NCBI GenBank assembly: GCA_035084275.1
Contig: CM068743.1
Span: 48,236,001-48,300,000, forward strand
Source: Hydrolagus colliei
Lineage: Eukaryota
Reading direction: 5' to 3'
DNA length: 64,000 nucleotides
The notes under the pieces were generated by a model. It saw only the letters and a program-made list of their open reading frames with translations, had not been told where the DNA came from and made no database searches. Positions 36,991-49,740 of this stretch are shown piece after piece. The position numbers and the translations under genes were made by a program. Every line of letters begins with the position of its first letter. The first letter of the stretch is position 1.

Positions 36991-38523
36991 GGATGGGGAA
37001 GGAGGTTTACAAGTAGTTCATATAAATGCATTGTATTTACTCTCGTTAATTTTACCATGGTAAAGATACAAATTCACATGGACATCTACAGATAAACATA
37101 CATAAGCATAGTTTTGATCCATTAAATCGTTTCCTATTGTATAGAATTTAATTCAAGCATAAATAAATGTTCTTCACTCACATAGTGTCATTTCACTCAC
37201 AAAGTGTCATTTGACAGAAACTAACGTGTGAATTAACAGCTTACAAAAAAAGAAAAATAGCTGATTAAATATTTTACTTGAATTAGAAATTCTGAAACAA
37301 ACATTACATTTTCTTACACTCAGTCGTGCAGATGAGCCATAATAAAAGATTAACAATGAATTTTCTCAGTGTCCTGACCAACAATCCTCCAGATAGTGAT
37401 ACATTTATGGCAGTTTGTGAGACATATTCAAGTGAGCAACTTTGTTGGCTCCCATGTCCCCCTGTAAATGGTTAATACACTTGACTAAATCTTTGTAAAG
37501 AGACTTGACTTTCTAGGCACTATATCAAATACAAGAATTAACATTTAGAGCAGCTTCATTTCTCGCCAAATGATTTTTTTTTGTAACATCTGAGAAACTG
37601 TCAGCCATCCAGTATCTCAAATCTTAACAGTTTAGCATTAAACCCAAAAATAAAAAGGCATAAGCTTTTATTAGAAGCAAATTACCACATCAATAGCCTG
37701 TATTTTGTAGAATCGGATTCTATACTTTGCTAGAAGACATGATACTTCCAAAGACAAGCTTAAACAAAGGTTCCTTCATTGTGTGCTAAAACTTGGGAAA
37801 TGTTTGGTTCAATTCCAATATTGGCTCAGTTAGGTAGATGACAAAGCTTACTTTGTTAGTTTAATGTAGTTCTCAATATCACCGCCCTCATTAAAGAAAC
37901 ACTGTAACCTGTTGCATGGTTAGATTAAGCTGTTCTGGGATATTCATAATTACAGTACACAAAATGCTCAGTTCCAGAGCATTTTAACGCAACCTGTATT
38001 TGGACTTGTGCCAATATTTGTAAGGCTAAATACTCATACAAATTTCACAAAACAAGATGGCAATTGAACTCGATTTCTTTTTGCAAACTTTTTGCAGACC
38101 AAGCATAGGAGATGATACATGTTCCTGAGTTTGACTAAAAGTACATCAACACTTTGAAAGTGATCTTTGGTCTTAGGTTTGATCCAACTCACAGCTAAAG
38201 CACAATGTTTCCAAACTACAAAAATCTGAATTTTAAAAGCATTTTTCTTCTAAGTTTAATGCATTGATACCCAAAGTGCACAAGTTTAATTTGCACTTTG
38301 TGAAAAATGTTGTAGGCATTACTAACTTGGAAATATTGTCAAATTCATTATTCAATAGCCTGTAGGAACAAGGGTTTTCAGAATATATGTAGAGGAAAAA
38401 CTCTAATTAAGTATTATACCATTATAGAATTATTACTGCAACATTCTTCAAAAGGTTCAGAAAACTTTAGGCTGCATCCAAATGTATGGTACTGATGAAG
38501 ATTTTAGTGCAAAAATGAGTCTG

Positions 38524-38529
38524 TTTATT
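38524..38529 (-). terminator. Candidate NGLY1 polyadenylation signal AATAAA
   Basis: First minus-strand AATAAA about 90 nt after the stop; another occurs at 37667-37672. Usage unverified. Confidence 0.35.
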
Positions 38530-38618
38530 ATTGAATACATTAGCATCATGTAGAAATCACAAAAATACATATCCAGTAAGTTCTAAACATCTGCTCATGC
38601 AGCTGAGAATATTCATAC

Positions 38619-38800
38619 TTAATCTAAATGCCTATAAAGAGTTATAATCATCTCTAGCGGATACTCTTGACAATCATTTAAACTTTGTCTGAAGAGCTGT
38701 GTGTGCTGCCATGCTGTATCTCCTTGTCCACCACTTAACTCAGCTTCTAAAATTAATTCTGTAGACCCATGAAAGCTGGGAAACGAATAAGTCTCTTTAT
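38619..38800 (-). CDS. NGLY1: NGLY1 terminal coding exon 12 ([60 protein letters not shown])
   Basis: Translated by hand (absent from the ORF track): ttttaatag acceptor, [10 protein letters not shown] motif, TAA at 38621-38619. Confidence 0.93.
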
Positions 38801-39377
38801 CTATTAAAAAAAACAGGAAAAAAACACATTTAATGAGTAAAATTAAATGGATCTCCGGATCCCTTCTGCTCCCTCCTCCCCAGTTATTTGTTCAAAGAAA
38901 AGATATTTATAACACTAATTTTAACAACTAGGTCAGATAAAGCTAGGTGCACAGTAACTATTCTCATCTTCAACACAAATATTGAATCACTATTTCTTTT
39001 TTTAAAACAACATCAATCTCAGTGAGAATGCAGCCTCAATTTGAACTATACATTGAACAACTTAAACATCTAACTTGTAATGGCCAAATAGGGGGGAGGG
39101 GGCTAATCACTGTGAAGAGACTTCTGCTGCAAAGTGCAACTTTATGAATATCAAGTGAGGACCGGATGTGTCTCCTACAGTCAAATGACCTTTATTATAA
39201 ATTTGCACATGAAGAATGACTACAGATGAAATTCATGTATATGAAGCCATGCTCCAACAGAGTCAGCCCTTTCAGAAGAGAAATTGGAAGCATAAGTGCG
39301 GAGAAAACTGACAAAAGTAAATTTATTTACTCCAACACATCTACCAATTACAATTTGGAAGCACCAGCAATAATTTA

Positions 39378-40050
39378 CAACAATAACTTGGATTTATATA
39401 GAGTCTTCCACACCAAACAGCATCTCAGAGTGCTTCCTAATAACGGATCCCGGGGCCGAGCCAGGAGGAAGAAGGTGACCGAAAGCGCGGTCGAAAAGAA
39501 AGGTCTTTAGCTGAGACCTGAAAATAGGAAAGGAGGGGCCAAGGCGAAGGGAGTGAGGGAGGGAGGGAGGTCCAGAGCCTCGAGGAGTAGTGGCTGAAGG
39601 CACGGTCGCCGATGATGGAGCGGAGGATTCCGGGGATAAGGAGGAGTCCAGACCCGTTGGAATGAAGGCAATGGGTACTGTTGTGAGGGGAGAGGAGGTC
39701 GGAGAGTTAGGGGCACAGTGCAGAGGAGTGGAGGGATTTGAATACAAGTATGAGGATCTTGAAATCGATCCAGTGCAGTCTGGCAAGACTGCACTGGATA
39801 CTGGGGTAATCGGGAAGTGGAGTTTTATGCGGGTGAGAATGCGGGAGGCGGAGTTTTGTATGAGCTGGATTTTATATATGGTAGCGGAGGGGAGACCAGC
39901 GAGGAGGGTATTTGAATAGTCCAGCCGAGAGGTGACAAAGGCACGGTCCAGGGTTTCGGCGAGTTTTGGGGTGAGATATTGGCGGAGACGGGCGATGCGT
40001 CGGAGATGGAAGAAGGCGGTGTTGGTGAGGGACCAGATGTGGGGGAGGAA
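39378..40050 (-). mobile_element. L2-clade LINE 3' fragment
   Basis: Antisense RLDYSN.LLAGLP, DFKILI and LKTFLFDRAF motifs plus 3' tail. Confidence 0.85.
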
Positions 40051-41900
40051 GGATAAATGTGGGATAATTTAGTAAGTTTCAAGCGTTTTCACCCATTATC
40101 AAACCACAACGGGGAAGATTCATTGATAGCTACAAATATTCTTGACATTTTTCTGTTATCTATTCCCATCCACCATGAATGAACACTATGATTCTCCTTT
40201 CACAAAGGACTCTCGCACAGATTAGAGAGGGGTATTGCATCAATCTGGACCAGACACAAAACCCGGATCCGGAGCTGAAAGGACAGTGTTCTTATCCAAT
40301 GCATTCTACACAATACATTTTGTTCAGATCTCTATAAAATTCCTTGCAAAAATGATTTACCACAATCACTGCTTCTGCGTTAGACAAATGCATGTACCCT
40401 GAATTTCAATATTTTATATCCCTTTCGTTTATACGAACTCAGATTAAAAACATTTCAAACATTTGAGCTACAAAGAATGCATTTTTAAAAGTCAGATTTA
40501 AATTAAATTTAATGAGAATTATCATTAAAATTACTTTTATTGGGATCAGTATTAGCCATAATGTACAAACTGGAATTCACAGTTCAACAGATGTGCAGTG
40601 TGGTTAATAGTTTTCCCCAATATAAAAATATGTGCAGATATGGAAAGGTACTTTCAATTAAAATTTCTTTTACTTTTTAAAAACAAAACCTGGGCAATAG
40701 CTTGTTTTCAGTACATTTTGTCATTTTGATCTCCCCCACCCAGGAAGTCTTATTACTTGAATTTTATTTGTACAGACTAACTGACTTTGCTGGCATTGGG
40801 CATGGAGACCTAAATGAGCAGCAAAACAAAACTTCATCCGAATTTTAATTAAATCAATTCTGGTTCCAGAATGGCTCTCAATTGGAATAATAATTTCAGA
40901 CATCCATCTGCTGTATTAGCAGAATATTGTCGTTTATTACAAATTGAAAGGGTGGCAATAGATTTAGAATTAGGAAAAAGGAAAAACGCTGGAAACTTTA
41001 AAATAGAAATCCTGGAAATTAATGAACATTTGTAAAAGAAAAAAAATGGGTCTGCTTTGAGGACATTTTAACCAAACAAGTTTTACAACTTTTTTTTAGC
41101 ATATTAGATGGGATTGCTTTGTCCCTATTCATTCATGCTTTAGTCACCTCCCCAATTATTGCGAGGTTCCACTGGCTCCTTGTTACAGGACATATCGATC
41201 TCAAGATCCTCACTCTCAAATTACTTTATTCCCTGGTACCTCCCTACCTCTGATCTACTCACAGCTCACTCTACTGCCTATGCCTTTGCTCAGATAGCTC
41301 AGGTCTCCTGTATACCCCTCATCACCTCCAACGGCAGCCATGTTTTCAGCCACTAATGCTCCAAAGCTCTAGAACTCCTTGCCTCAACTCTTTCATCATA
41401 CCCCATCCTCTCTCTGCCTATCTTTAGATTACAACATAACTTTTCACCTTATGTTTTCAGTCAACCCCCATCTAAAATGAAGTTTGATGAAACAATTTTT
41501 AATGAGTCTAATTCTCCCCAAACTAAAAGCAAAAGCCAATGTTCCATAATTAGGCTTGTTAGGCTTAGTTGATTGTCCTTTTCCCCCCCCAATTTTTCTC
41601 AAATCAAGAAAATGCATTGCCATTATTAAACATGGCAGGGAATTACTTTTTGGGGACAAAATGTTCTATGTCTGACATACAAGGTCGCCATGAACATGGT
41701 TTACTATGTTGTGTGAATTTGCACTGCACAAGAAGCAACATCCATAGCTAACTCAAATCTGGACATCAGACATTTTTGTTGTCAAAGAACTTGCTACAAA
41801 ATTGAACTAAAACAGACAAGGTACAACAAGCATCATCTGTCCAAATTAAAGTTATGAAAATCAAGCATTCAGGATGTCTAATCATAATGCAATTACATAC

Positions 41901-42078
41901 CTCCAGTTAGATCTATATTGTTTGTGTTCGAACTTAGGTGCCATCGAACTAATCCAGTCTCAAATGTCTCGCTACAGGCTCTGATAGAAACATTGTCAAT
42001 CCTTAGACCCACTGAGCCACATTCAAACTTCCAGCTGACTTTGCCAAATGATGATCCTTCGGTTCTGGCAATATACAC
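41901..42078 (-). CDS. NGLY1: NGLY1 exon 11 ([33 protein letters not shown]...)
   Basis: ctacag acceptor, G|gtatgt donor, 178 nt, phase 0/1. Confidence 0.94.
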
Positions 42079-44329
42079 CTGTAGAAGTATTGTACTATTT
42101 ATTGTAGAAATATGTATGCTGTATATATCAATTAAACAATTTACAATAAAATAAATTAAGGAATTCATGTTCAGCTGCTAAAGATCAGATGATTTGAGAA
42201 GTCTGTTAGCCAAATAACTAGAAATATTTAAATGTAGATCAAAGCACACACTTTAAAAAACAATGTATTTTGAATGGATCTTTAAACAAGTGGCAAGTCA
42301 TTTTTTGATTTGGGAAAGGAAAGCATTACATTGTTTAAACTATAGGATTGTGATGCAGTGTTGCACAATATTGCACTGCAAGTTTGACATTTTTTCCTAT
42401 TTCTGTTCAAATACGCAAATCCAGAAGTATAGAAAATGTATAAAATGGTTGTATTAAAAAAGGTTAATAAAGTTGCATTTGTTGGTGGGGTTCACAAAGG
42501 TTTTCACTTTAAATACAATATCAGGAAACAAAATGGGGATTTAAGAAAAATAAATTTGTAGACAATTTTAATACTTCAATAAGAGGTTCTTTAAAATAAT
42601 AATAGCACATTTAAGATGAGGTAGGTAATGTGAATACAAAACATTTTGAAAATAATGTCCAATGGCAGCAAATTTATTCTTGCTGGATCTTAATTTATTT
42701 AAGCTCCATGGAAACCTGCCTTTTAAGGAACACTCCTCACACCAGAGAACTGCTCCAATGACATCCATTCTGTGTCAAAAATGACTCCTTAGGGAACCCA
42801 GAGATCAGCTTCCAAGATTGGCTTAGATTTACACATTTTTAAAACGGGCAATACTTGAGGCACTGCACATAAAGGGGAGGGGAAAATATCTGGAAAGAGG
42901 CTCTTAGTGATGCTGTGTGTTGTGCAAATTGTATTCACCGATCTGTGAGAGATCTGGACAGATTTGTCTAAGACTGGATTGTTAACTACAGACAAGAGAG
43001 CCTAGATATGTCAGGTTAACATCGGGAATAGTGAGTGCTGTTGCAGGACATAAGGTTGATGAGGCAGGTTGGGGGCTTAGCTCTCTTCTCGAGATAACTC
43101 AACTACTTTAAGGAGTTTTTTTGTTTCTGTCTCTTAAGTGGGTGGAGGGGGGGGGGGGAAGAATTGGAGGAGAACGAAGACTGAGTGGTTGACAAGAGAG
43201 AAGAGTACTTAATGAATTGGCCGAGACATGTGAAATGGGGGAAAATTGATTCAATGAGTCATTGGGCCCTTCCTTTCTACATATCTGTGATTATCTAATC
43301 CAGTACAGGAAATTCAATCTGAGATATTTAACACTTTGTGGCAAACGCTTTAGTTGCAAACATTAGTGTCCTTGAGGTTTGGTAACAAAATCTAACCTGC
43401 ACTGGTTTAGTTTGCACTGGCAAAAGACACCTGGAAAAGAGTAGGAAACAAAGGGTCAGCTCAAGCTTATACTGATCCAGTGTTGTAATATTGTACCCTA
43501 GTTTAGCAGGATCTAGATAAATCATGTTGCTCATGGACTCTGGAGCTTTCAAAAATTTATACTGCAACAGGGGAATTGTCCATAACTTCAAAGGAGAGGA
43601 TATCGATATTGATTGGTAAGTCAGTCCTTCACTTATTTCGGCATTTTGTGCGAGTAACAGGCTAAGGATATTTTGTGCAGAACACTCCCTGATGAGAGAA
43701 CATGAATTTGTTTAGCCTGCAGCTAGTGGTTCCCAGATGACTGGGAATACTTTAAACTACCTCATTGTGACACTAAATCAGTGATACCTCATTCCATATG
43801 TGACCATATATTTCTCAATAATTTGGGAGATCACAATTGGAATGCTAACTTTTTTTAAAATATGGTGCACATTTTATTTTCAACAGCCAAAGAAACAAGC
43901 TACAATCAGAGTTTTTTGTGTTGGTGTGTATTACATCAACAATGTTTCTGCATGTTAATTTCCAAGTACATGTATATTCAAACTAAGAAAACAAAACTTT
44001 GATACACAGAATATTCTATATTGTTTACTGGTCATCCAGTTTTGGATAAGATGCTTCAATCTTTTCAGATTCAGCATTTATTTTTAATGTTACACTGAAA
44101 TATCTAATCTCACTCCCATATTCCAACTCAAGTCAGTTTAAATTGGTTTCCTGTATAATGGATGACTGAAAACATTATAAAATAGAGCTGGGGGAAAAAA
44201 AATACAGCCATCTTTTGTGGAAAGCTTCCAGAAATCCTATTAGACGAATACCTTGTAATAGCTGTACACAGAAAACAATGAATAAATGCATGAGCAAGAT
44301 GAAGAGAAAATCTTGCAGCAGCCTCATAC

Positions 44330-44515
44330 CATTTTCCAGTCATTCTCCAATTTTCTGAACACAGAATCCATTTTCCATACACCCTTTTCCCAGTCTTTAA
44401 TGACTGTGTTGTCATTAGAAACCCGAATGTAGTGATTTTCTGCAGCACTATATTTGAGGTGGAATAGTTTTGCCTCACTCTCTTTTGCAGAAGCTACAAA
44501 AACAATCTCGGTGTT
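44330..44515 (-). CDS. NGLY1: NGLY1 exon 10 (PAW domain; ...WEKGVWKMDSVFRKLENDWKM)
   Basis: gtacag acceptor, ATG|gtatga donor, 186 nt; FRK.E.DW.M PAW motif. Confidence 0.93.
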
Positions 44516-45417
44516 CTGTACAAAACAAAAGAAACAGCTGTGTAAAAAAAAAATCCCAGCCCACTTTTTAACATGCAACAATAACTTAATCAAGAATGGT
44601 CTCCAATTCTGTTGTAACACTGGTCAAAGAAAGACTGCTTCTTGTATCTTAATGCAATATTACAGGAGTCTCACTATCAATGCAAAAAAATTTAACATTG
44701 TTTTGATTTGGTTGCAAACAATGAGAGATTAGGTTTCTCCTTTTATTAACTGCTATGCTACAAAACAATTTAGAAGTGGTCTTAGAATCTTAATAAAATT
44801 CAAAGAGTGGTCAAAGTGACAGCCGTTTTTAAAATCAAATGTGATGCCTGCCATTAATTATCTCCATTTAATTTCGCCTTTGTAATGGCTGTGTCCATAA
44901 AGGTTTCGGCAATTGGTGGTGACAACCTGTACATTTCCAAATCTCTCCTCCTCATCGAAAGCAGGAGACAAAATAATATACAATTCAGTCCATGAAGCAT
45001 GGACCACATAAAACTTGCATGGCTACAGTTCTCCCTAAATTAATTTCCCGAAGCAGACAAAACTCCTTATCTTACCAAGGTAATCAAGTACTGTATAATC
45101 TTCAAAATATTAATCTAACGTTGTGAAGCATAAGCAGAAGAAAGACCAGTCCTGATGTGATCTAAAGAAAACATAACTTGCTTTTCACATCAATTAATTA
45201 ACATCTTCCCCAAGCAGCTCTCCGATTCCCTCTAGAATTTGTTAACAATGTCTCCATCGCCTCCCTCGATATTTCATTCAGGGTTTTCACTACACTAAAA
45301 TATTTAATTGATAAATATGGAAAAATTGCATTTAATGTACACTTGGCCAGTTGATAGCACTCATGCTTCTGTGTCAGATGTTCGTGAGTTCAAGCCCCAT
45401 GACAAAAGCTAATATCC

Positions 45418-47035
45418 TATGAAACCTCCACCTGCTCCCTCGACTCCATCCCTTTCTCCTTACTTCCCAGCTCCACCTCCTTGCCCCTCTCTCACAACAA
45501 CAAAAAAATTACATCTATAGAGCGCCTTTCACGTCGGGAGGATGCCCCAAAGCACTGAACAGTTGGGACACTGAACAGTCAGGGGTCAGGACCTGAGCAA
45601 GGGAGAGAGTTGGGAGGGAGGCAGAAGGCACAATCAAAGAGGAGTCTTGAGACAGACCCTGAAAGAGGCAGCGAGGCGAAGGGACTGTGGGATTGAGTTG
45701 GGGGCAGAGAGGCTGAAAACCCGGCCACCAATGGTAGGGCAAATCGGGCACAGGACATGGAGCAGACCAGAGCTCGCTGAAAATCAAGACATCAACCTCT
45801 CCCTGTCTACTGGCATTGTTCCTACCCCTTAAATAACACAGCTGTCATGACTCTCATCTTTAAAAAAAACCCTACCCTGGACCCATTCTTGACCTCAAAT
45901 TACCACCCCATCTCGAACCTCCCTCTCCTCTACCAAGGTCCTGGAACGAGTTGTTGATTCCCAGCTGCACTTCTTCCTCTCCCACCAAATCTTCACGAAC
46001 CCCTCCAATCGTGTTGCCCACAGAACAGAAATAGCTCTGGTCAAAGAGACAAACAACATTCTGTCCATCTGTGACCAGGGCTCCCTCCACCTCCTCCTCT
46101 CTGCTGCTTTCAACACCAATGACCACTCCTTCCTTATCTACCGCCTCTCCTCTCACTTCAACGTTCATGATTCTATCCCTGAATTTGTGGCTCTCACACC
46201 GCCTCCACTTCATCTCCACACACGGTTTCTCCTCTAGCCCCCTGCACAGTCTTGTGCATCATGCCTCAGGGCTCCATCCTTGGTCCCCTCCTCTCTAATA
46301 TCTATATGCTCCCACTTGTACATGGATGACACCCAACTGTATCTCTCTACCTCGACCCTCGACTCCAGGACCACTGCTGTGTTGATAGAATGTCTATCAG
46401 ACATCATCTTGGATGAGAGCTAACTTTCTTCAGCTGAACGTCAACCAGATCGAGGTCCACCTGATTGGCTCCCTGCAATGCCTCCACACCTCAGCTGCTG
46501 ACAGCATCATCACCCATGGGTGGACACATCTCACTAAGCTAGTCCGGACCCTTGGCATCTTGTTCAACCCTCATATCACCCTGACCCTCTCCCGACTCCA
46601 CTAGCTTACCATCACACAGAGGATACAGTTCAAGATCCTCGTCCTCACCTACAAAGCCCTCTATAGTCTCGCTCCCCACTAATTCTGCGACCTCCTAACC
46701 TCCTACCACACTGCCCACTTCCTCCGCTCAATAGGCTCTGACCTGCACCAAGTACCCCACCTCGCCCGCCCCACTATTGGTGGGCCGGTCTTTAGCCATT
46801 CTGTCCCCACCCTCTGGAACTCCTGCAGTCCTTCTGCCTCATCCCTTGCCTCCTTGGAGACCCACCTCAAGCCCCTCCTCTTTGACCATGCTTACGATCA
46901 ACCACCTTCTACCACTGCCCTCCACTGACCCCAATCCCTACCCACAGCTCAGGTTTGGAATACTGTTCATCCAGCACCTCCAGTTCTCCCGACGTGAAAG
47001 GCCTTGTACAAATGTAATTTTGTTGTTGTTGTTGT
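45418..47035 (+). mobile_element. Degenerate L2 LINE covering the RT region to the 3' tail
   Basis: STCSLD.IP, INLSLSTGIVP, YHPISNL...KVLERVV, DDTQLY and FKILVLTYKAL motifs; tail ...cccgacgtgaaaggc...(TTG)n. Confidence 0.82.
45495..45780 (-). mobile_element. L2 3' fragment nested antisense within the older L2
   Basis: Reverse-complement tail (agagcgcctttcacgtcgggaggatgcccc) splits two colinear parts of the + strand L2. Confidence 0.78.
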
Positions 47036-47399
47036 AAATGTACATATGATGACAAGTCAAGACTACATTTCCCGCAATTCAATCTGTCTTTACCCATCAG
47101 CACATGAACACTTACCAACAAGTGGTTGAATCTCATTGTTTCAGGGGAACTTAAATTGTGGTCACGAGTCAGGACATAATTTTCCACAATTCATTGCAGC
47201 CCATAATTGCAGGAGTAATGTAGGGTAGTGGATCAGATTTACGAGTCAGGAGATGATTGATATAAATGGTACATAGATATCTAAGTGGTTTTGATAGGAA
47301 ACTGGATGGGATTATAAGATTTACCAACATAAAACATGAAAGTTTCACTGCAAGACACAAGTGCAAATTGTTGTACCTGCAATTTATGAAATAACAATA

Positions 47400-47543
47400 G
47401 ATTTCAATCCACGACAGTTTGTGGGACACTGCTGTGCGCAATTGGCTGCCGCGTTTCGCCCACAAATATACAGTTGATTCACTTTACTTTTATGTTTAGA
47501 AGACGTGAAAAGCGTTATATCAAATTCAAGGATTATTATTATT
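47400..47543 (+). mobile_element. DeuSINE 3' half
   Basis: Core and tail only; similar partial copies at about 3225-3330, 15655-15740 and 25085-25280 (+), and 48508-48700 (-). Confidence 0.75.
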
Positions 47544-47708
47544 TGTTAGGAAGATTTAATTTGGGGACAATTTATCTTCTGCAATCAAAACAGAAAAGTG
47601 ATGAAATTCAAAATTGTGTGAACATGTTAACATAGCAAAAACTACTGCTGTGATCACAATACAATTTGAAGTTACTGCACACAGAATGGTTTTAATCTCT
47701 CAGAATAC

Positions 47709-47879
47709 CTCAGTTTGAGCACCAATTTCTCCTCGAGCTACTCTCCACATCACAGAGCCAGATGTCCTCCCACCTAGTTCTCCTGGTTTGGGGGGTTTTG
47801 GTGAGATGAACTCTACAAGCTCTGTGATAAATCTTTCAAGAAGTTCCTGCTTCCTGTCTGGTGGAAATGACCGCTGCCT
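47709..47879 (-). CDS. NGLY1: NGLY1 exon 9 ([57 protein letters not shown])
   Basis: tttacag acceptor, GAG|gtattc donor, 171 nt; ELGGR.SGS..WR.ARGE motif. Confidence 0.95.
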
Positions 47880-47936
47880 CTGTAAAAGAGAAACAATGTA
47901 CAGTAAAACAAATCGTGTCAACTGGGATTATAACAT

Positions 47937-48350
47937 ACAATAGGTTAACGCTCTTTCGTTATTACGTTGTTGATACATAGGGAACGTATATCCATTTAAC
48001 GTTGCCACGTTCGCTATTACGTTGTTCGCCAGTGGGTGGAAAGGGGGCACAATGGCACTAGGACTTGCCCGTCAAGAGAGTGAGCCAGGCTAAGAGTGAG
48101 CCAGGCCGGCAGCGAGAGAGCGAGGCAAGATGGCAGCAAGTGAGACTGGCCAGCCAGGAGCGAGTGAGTGAGCCGGGCAGGCAGACAGGGAACGAGTATA
48201 ATGGGTTTTTGTTATAGAAAAGTTTGACAAAAAGAACCTAACTCCAGTTTATACATTAATTCGTATGGAAAAATGTGTTCGCTTAAAGTCGTTTAGCTTA
48301 AAGTCGCACTTTTCAAGAACCAAACTATGACATTAACCAAAGAATACCTG
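47937..48350. mobile_element. Tigger/pogo-like MITE remnant in NGLY1 intron 8
   Basis: Right end ...ttaaagtcgcacttttcaagaaccaaactatgacattaaccaaagaatacctg|ta; CpG-rich left part; internal GAGTGAGCCAGGC repeats; left TIR poorly preserved. Confidence 0.45.
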
Positions 48351-48789
48351 TATATAAAAAACAAAGTAAATTCATTCAATTCCACATTATGAATGAAACT
48401 CAGATCCGACTTCAGATCTTCACAACGATTTTTCCTTCAAAAAATAACTGAGAATTAAGTTCATTTTGCCAAAATGCACACATCACTACACTTTACAGTA
48501 ATAATAATGTAATAATAATCCTTGATTTGTTATACCGCTTTTCCACATCTTATCGATGTCTCAGAGCGCTTCACAGAATATACTGTAAAATGAATTGACT
48601 GTGGGCGAAACGTGGCAGCTAATTGCGTACAGCAGTATCCAATAAATAGTCGTGGATTGAATGACCAATTTTATTATTCTGTTGTTTTTTTGGAAGGATT
48701 ATTATTAGAAAGTAAATCCTTTGACACATGTGACGACATCCTGTCATGAAAGACACTGCATCAAATACAAGAATTACATATGTGTTTAC

Positions 48790-48900
48790 CTCAGCATTTA
48801 GTCTATTGATTGTTTTCAACAGCCATCGTTCCTGGACTTCAGTTCTACGACTCCGAAGCTCTTTATGCTGGCAAGAGTATCTCCAGCTAACATCAACCAC
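48790..48900 (-). CDS. NGLY1: NGLY1 exon 8 (VVDVSWRYSCQHKELRSRRTEVQERWLLKTINRLNAE)
   Basis: ttctag acceptor, GAG|gtaaac donor, 111 nt; VVDV.WRYSC motif. Confidence 0.94.
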
Positions 48901-49109
48901 CTAGAAAGGAGCATAAGAACAATGTATCATATGATAATCCACAACTGATATAATGCCTACAATGGCGATTATAATATATTGCTCAACATATTAGTTTGCA
49001 ACTAACAGTATATTTTAGCAATTATCTTATAAATTCTTAAAGAGCAAAAACAGGTGACTAAAAACTCCCAGTTTGGGGAAAAACTAGCAGCAATTGTTTC
49101 GAAGTGCAT

Positions 49110-49740
49110 ACAACAATAAAATTACATTTGTAGAGCGCCTTACACATCAGGAGGATGTACCAAGGGACTTGGGTACTGACCACACGGGTCGGGATCTGAG
49201 CATGGGGAGGGGGGGACAGGGTTGGGATGAGTGAAGAGAGTGGTAGGAGGGTGGCTGAAGGCACGGTCGAAATGGAGAGTCTTGAGTTGGGTCTTGAAAG
49301 AGGTAAGGGAGGGAGCAAGGCAAAAAGATTATGAAATGGAGTTCCAAAGAGTGGGGGGACAGACAGGCCGAAAGCTCGGCAGTCGATGGTAGAGCAGGTT
49401 GAGAGGGAGGCATAGAGCAGGCCAGAGCCTGCTGAAAGGAGGGAGCAGACAGATTGATAGCAAGTTAGCAAGTCGAAGGTAAGAGGGGCAAGGCTGCGGA
49501 AGGCCTTGAAAGTGAGGATGAGGATCTTGAATTCTATCCTCTGGGGGATAGGGAACCAGTGGAGGTGGGTGAGGCTTGGGGTGATGGGGGTCACAGAGCC
49601 TAATGCAATAGACACAAGTTGCAGAATTTTGAATGATCTGCAGCTTGTGGAGGGAACAGGTGGGGTGGCTGACAAGGAGGGAGTTTCTATGGCTTAGCCT
49701 TGAGATGACAAATGCATGTATGAGGGTTTCAGTGGCGTGA
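49110..49740 (-). mobile_element. L2-clade LINE 3' fragment
   Basis: TLIHAFVISRL and LHWFPIPQRIEFKILILTFKA motifs plus tail. Confidence 0.85.

Noticed and set aside
32313-37212. Short local tandem duplications (about 32313-32361, 35266-35320, 36152-36180, 37172-37212)
   Set aside because: Ordinary replication-slippage duplications of 13-25 bp with no sign of function.
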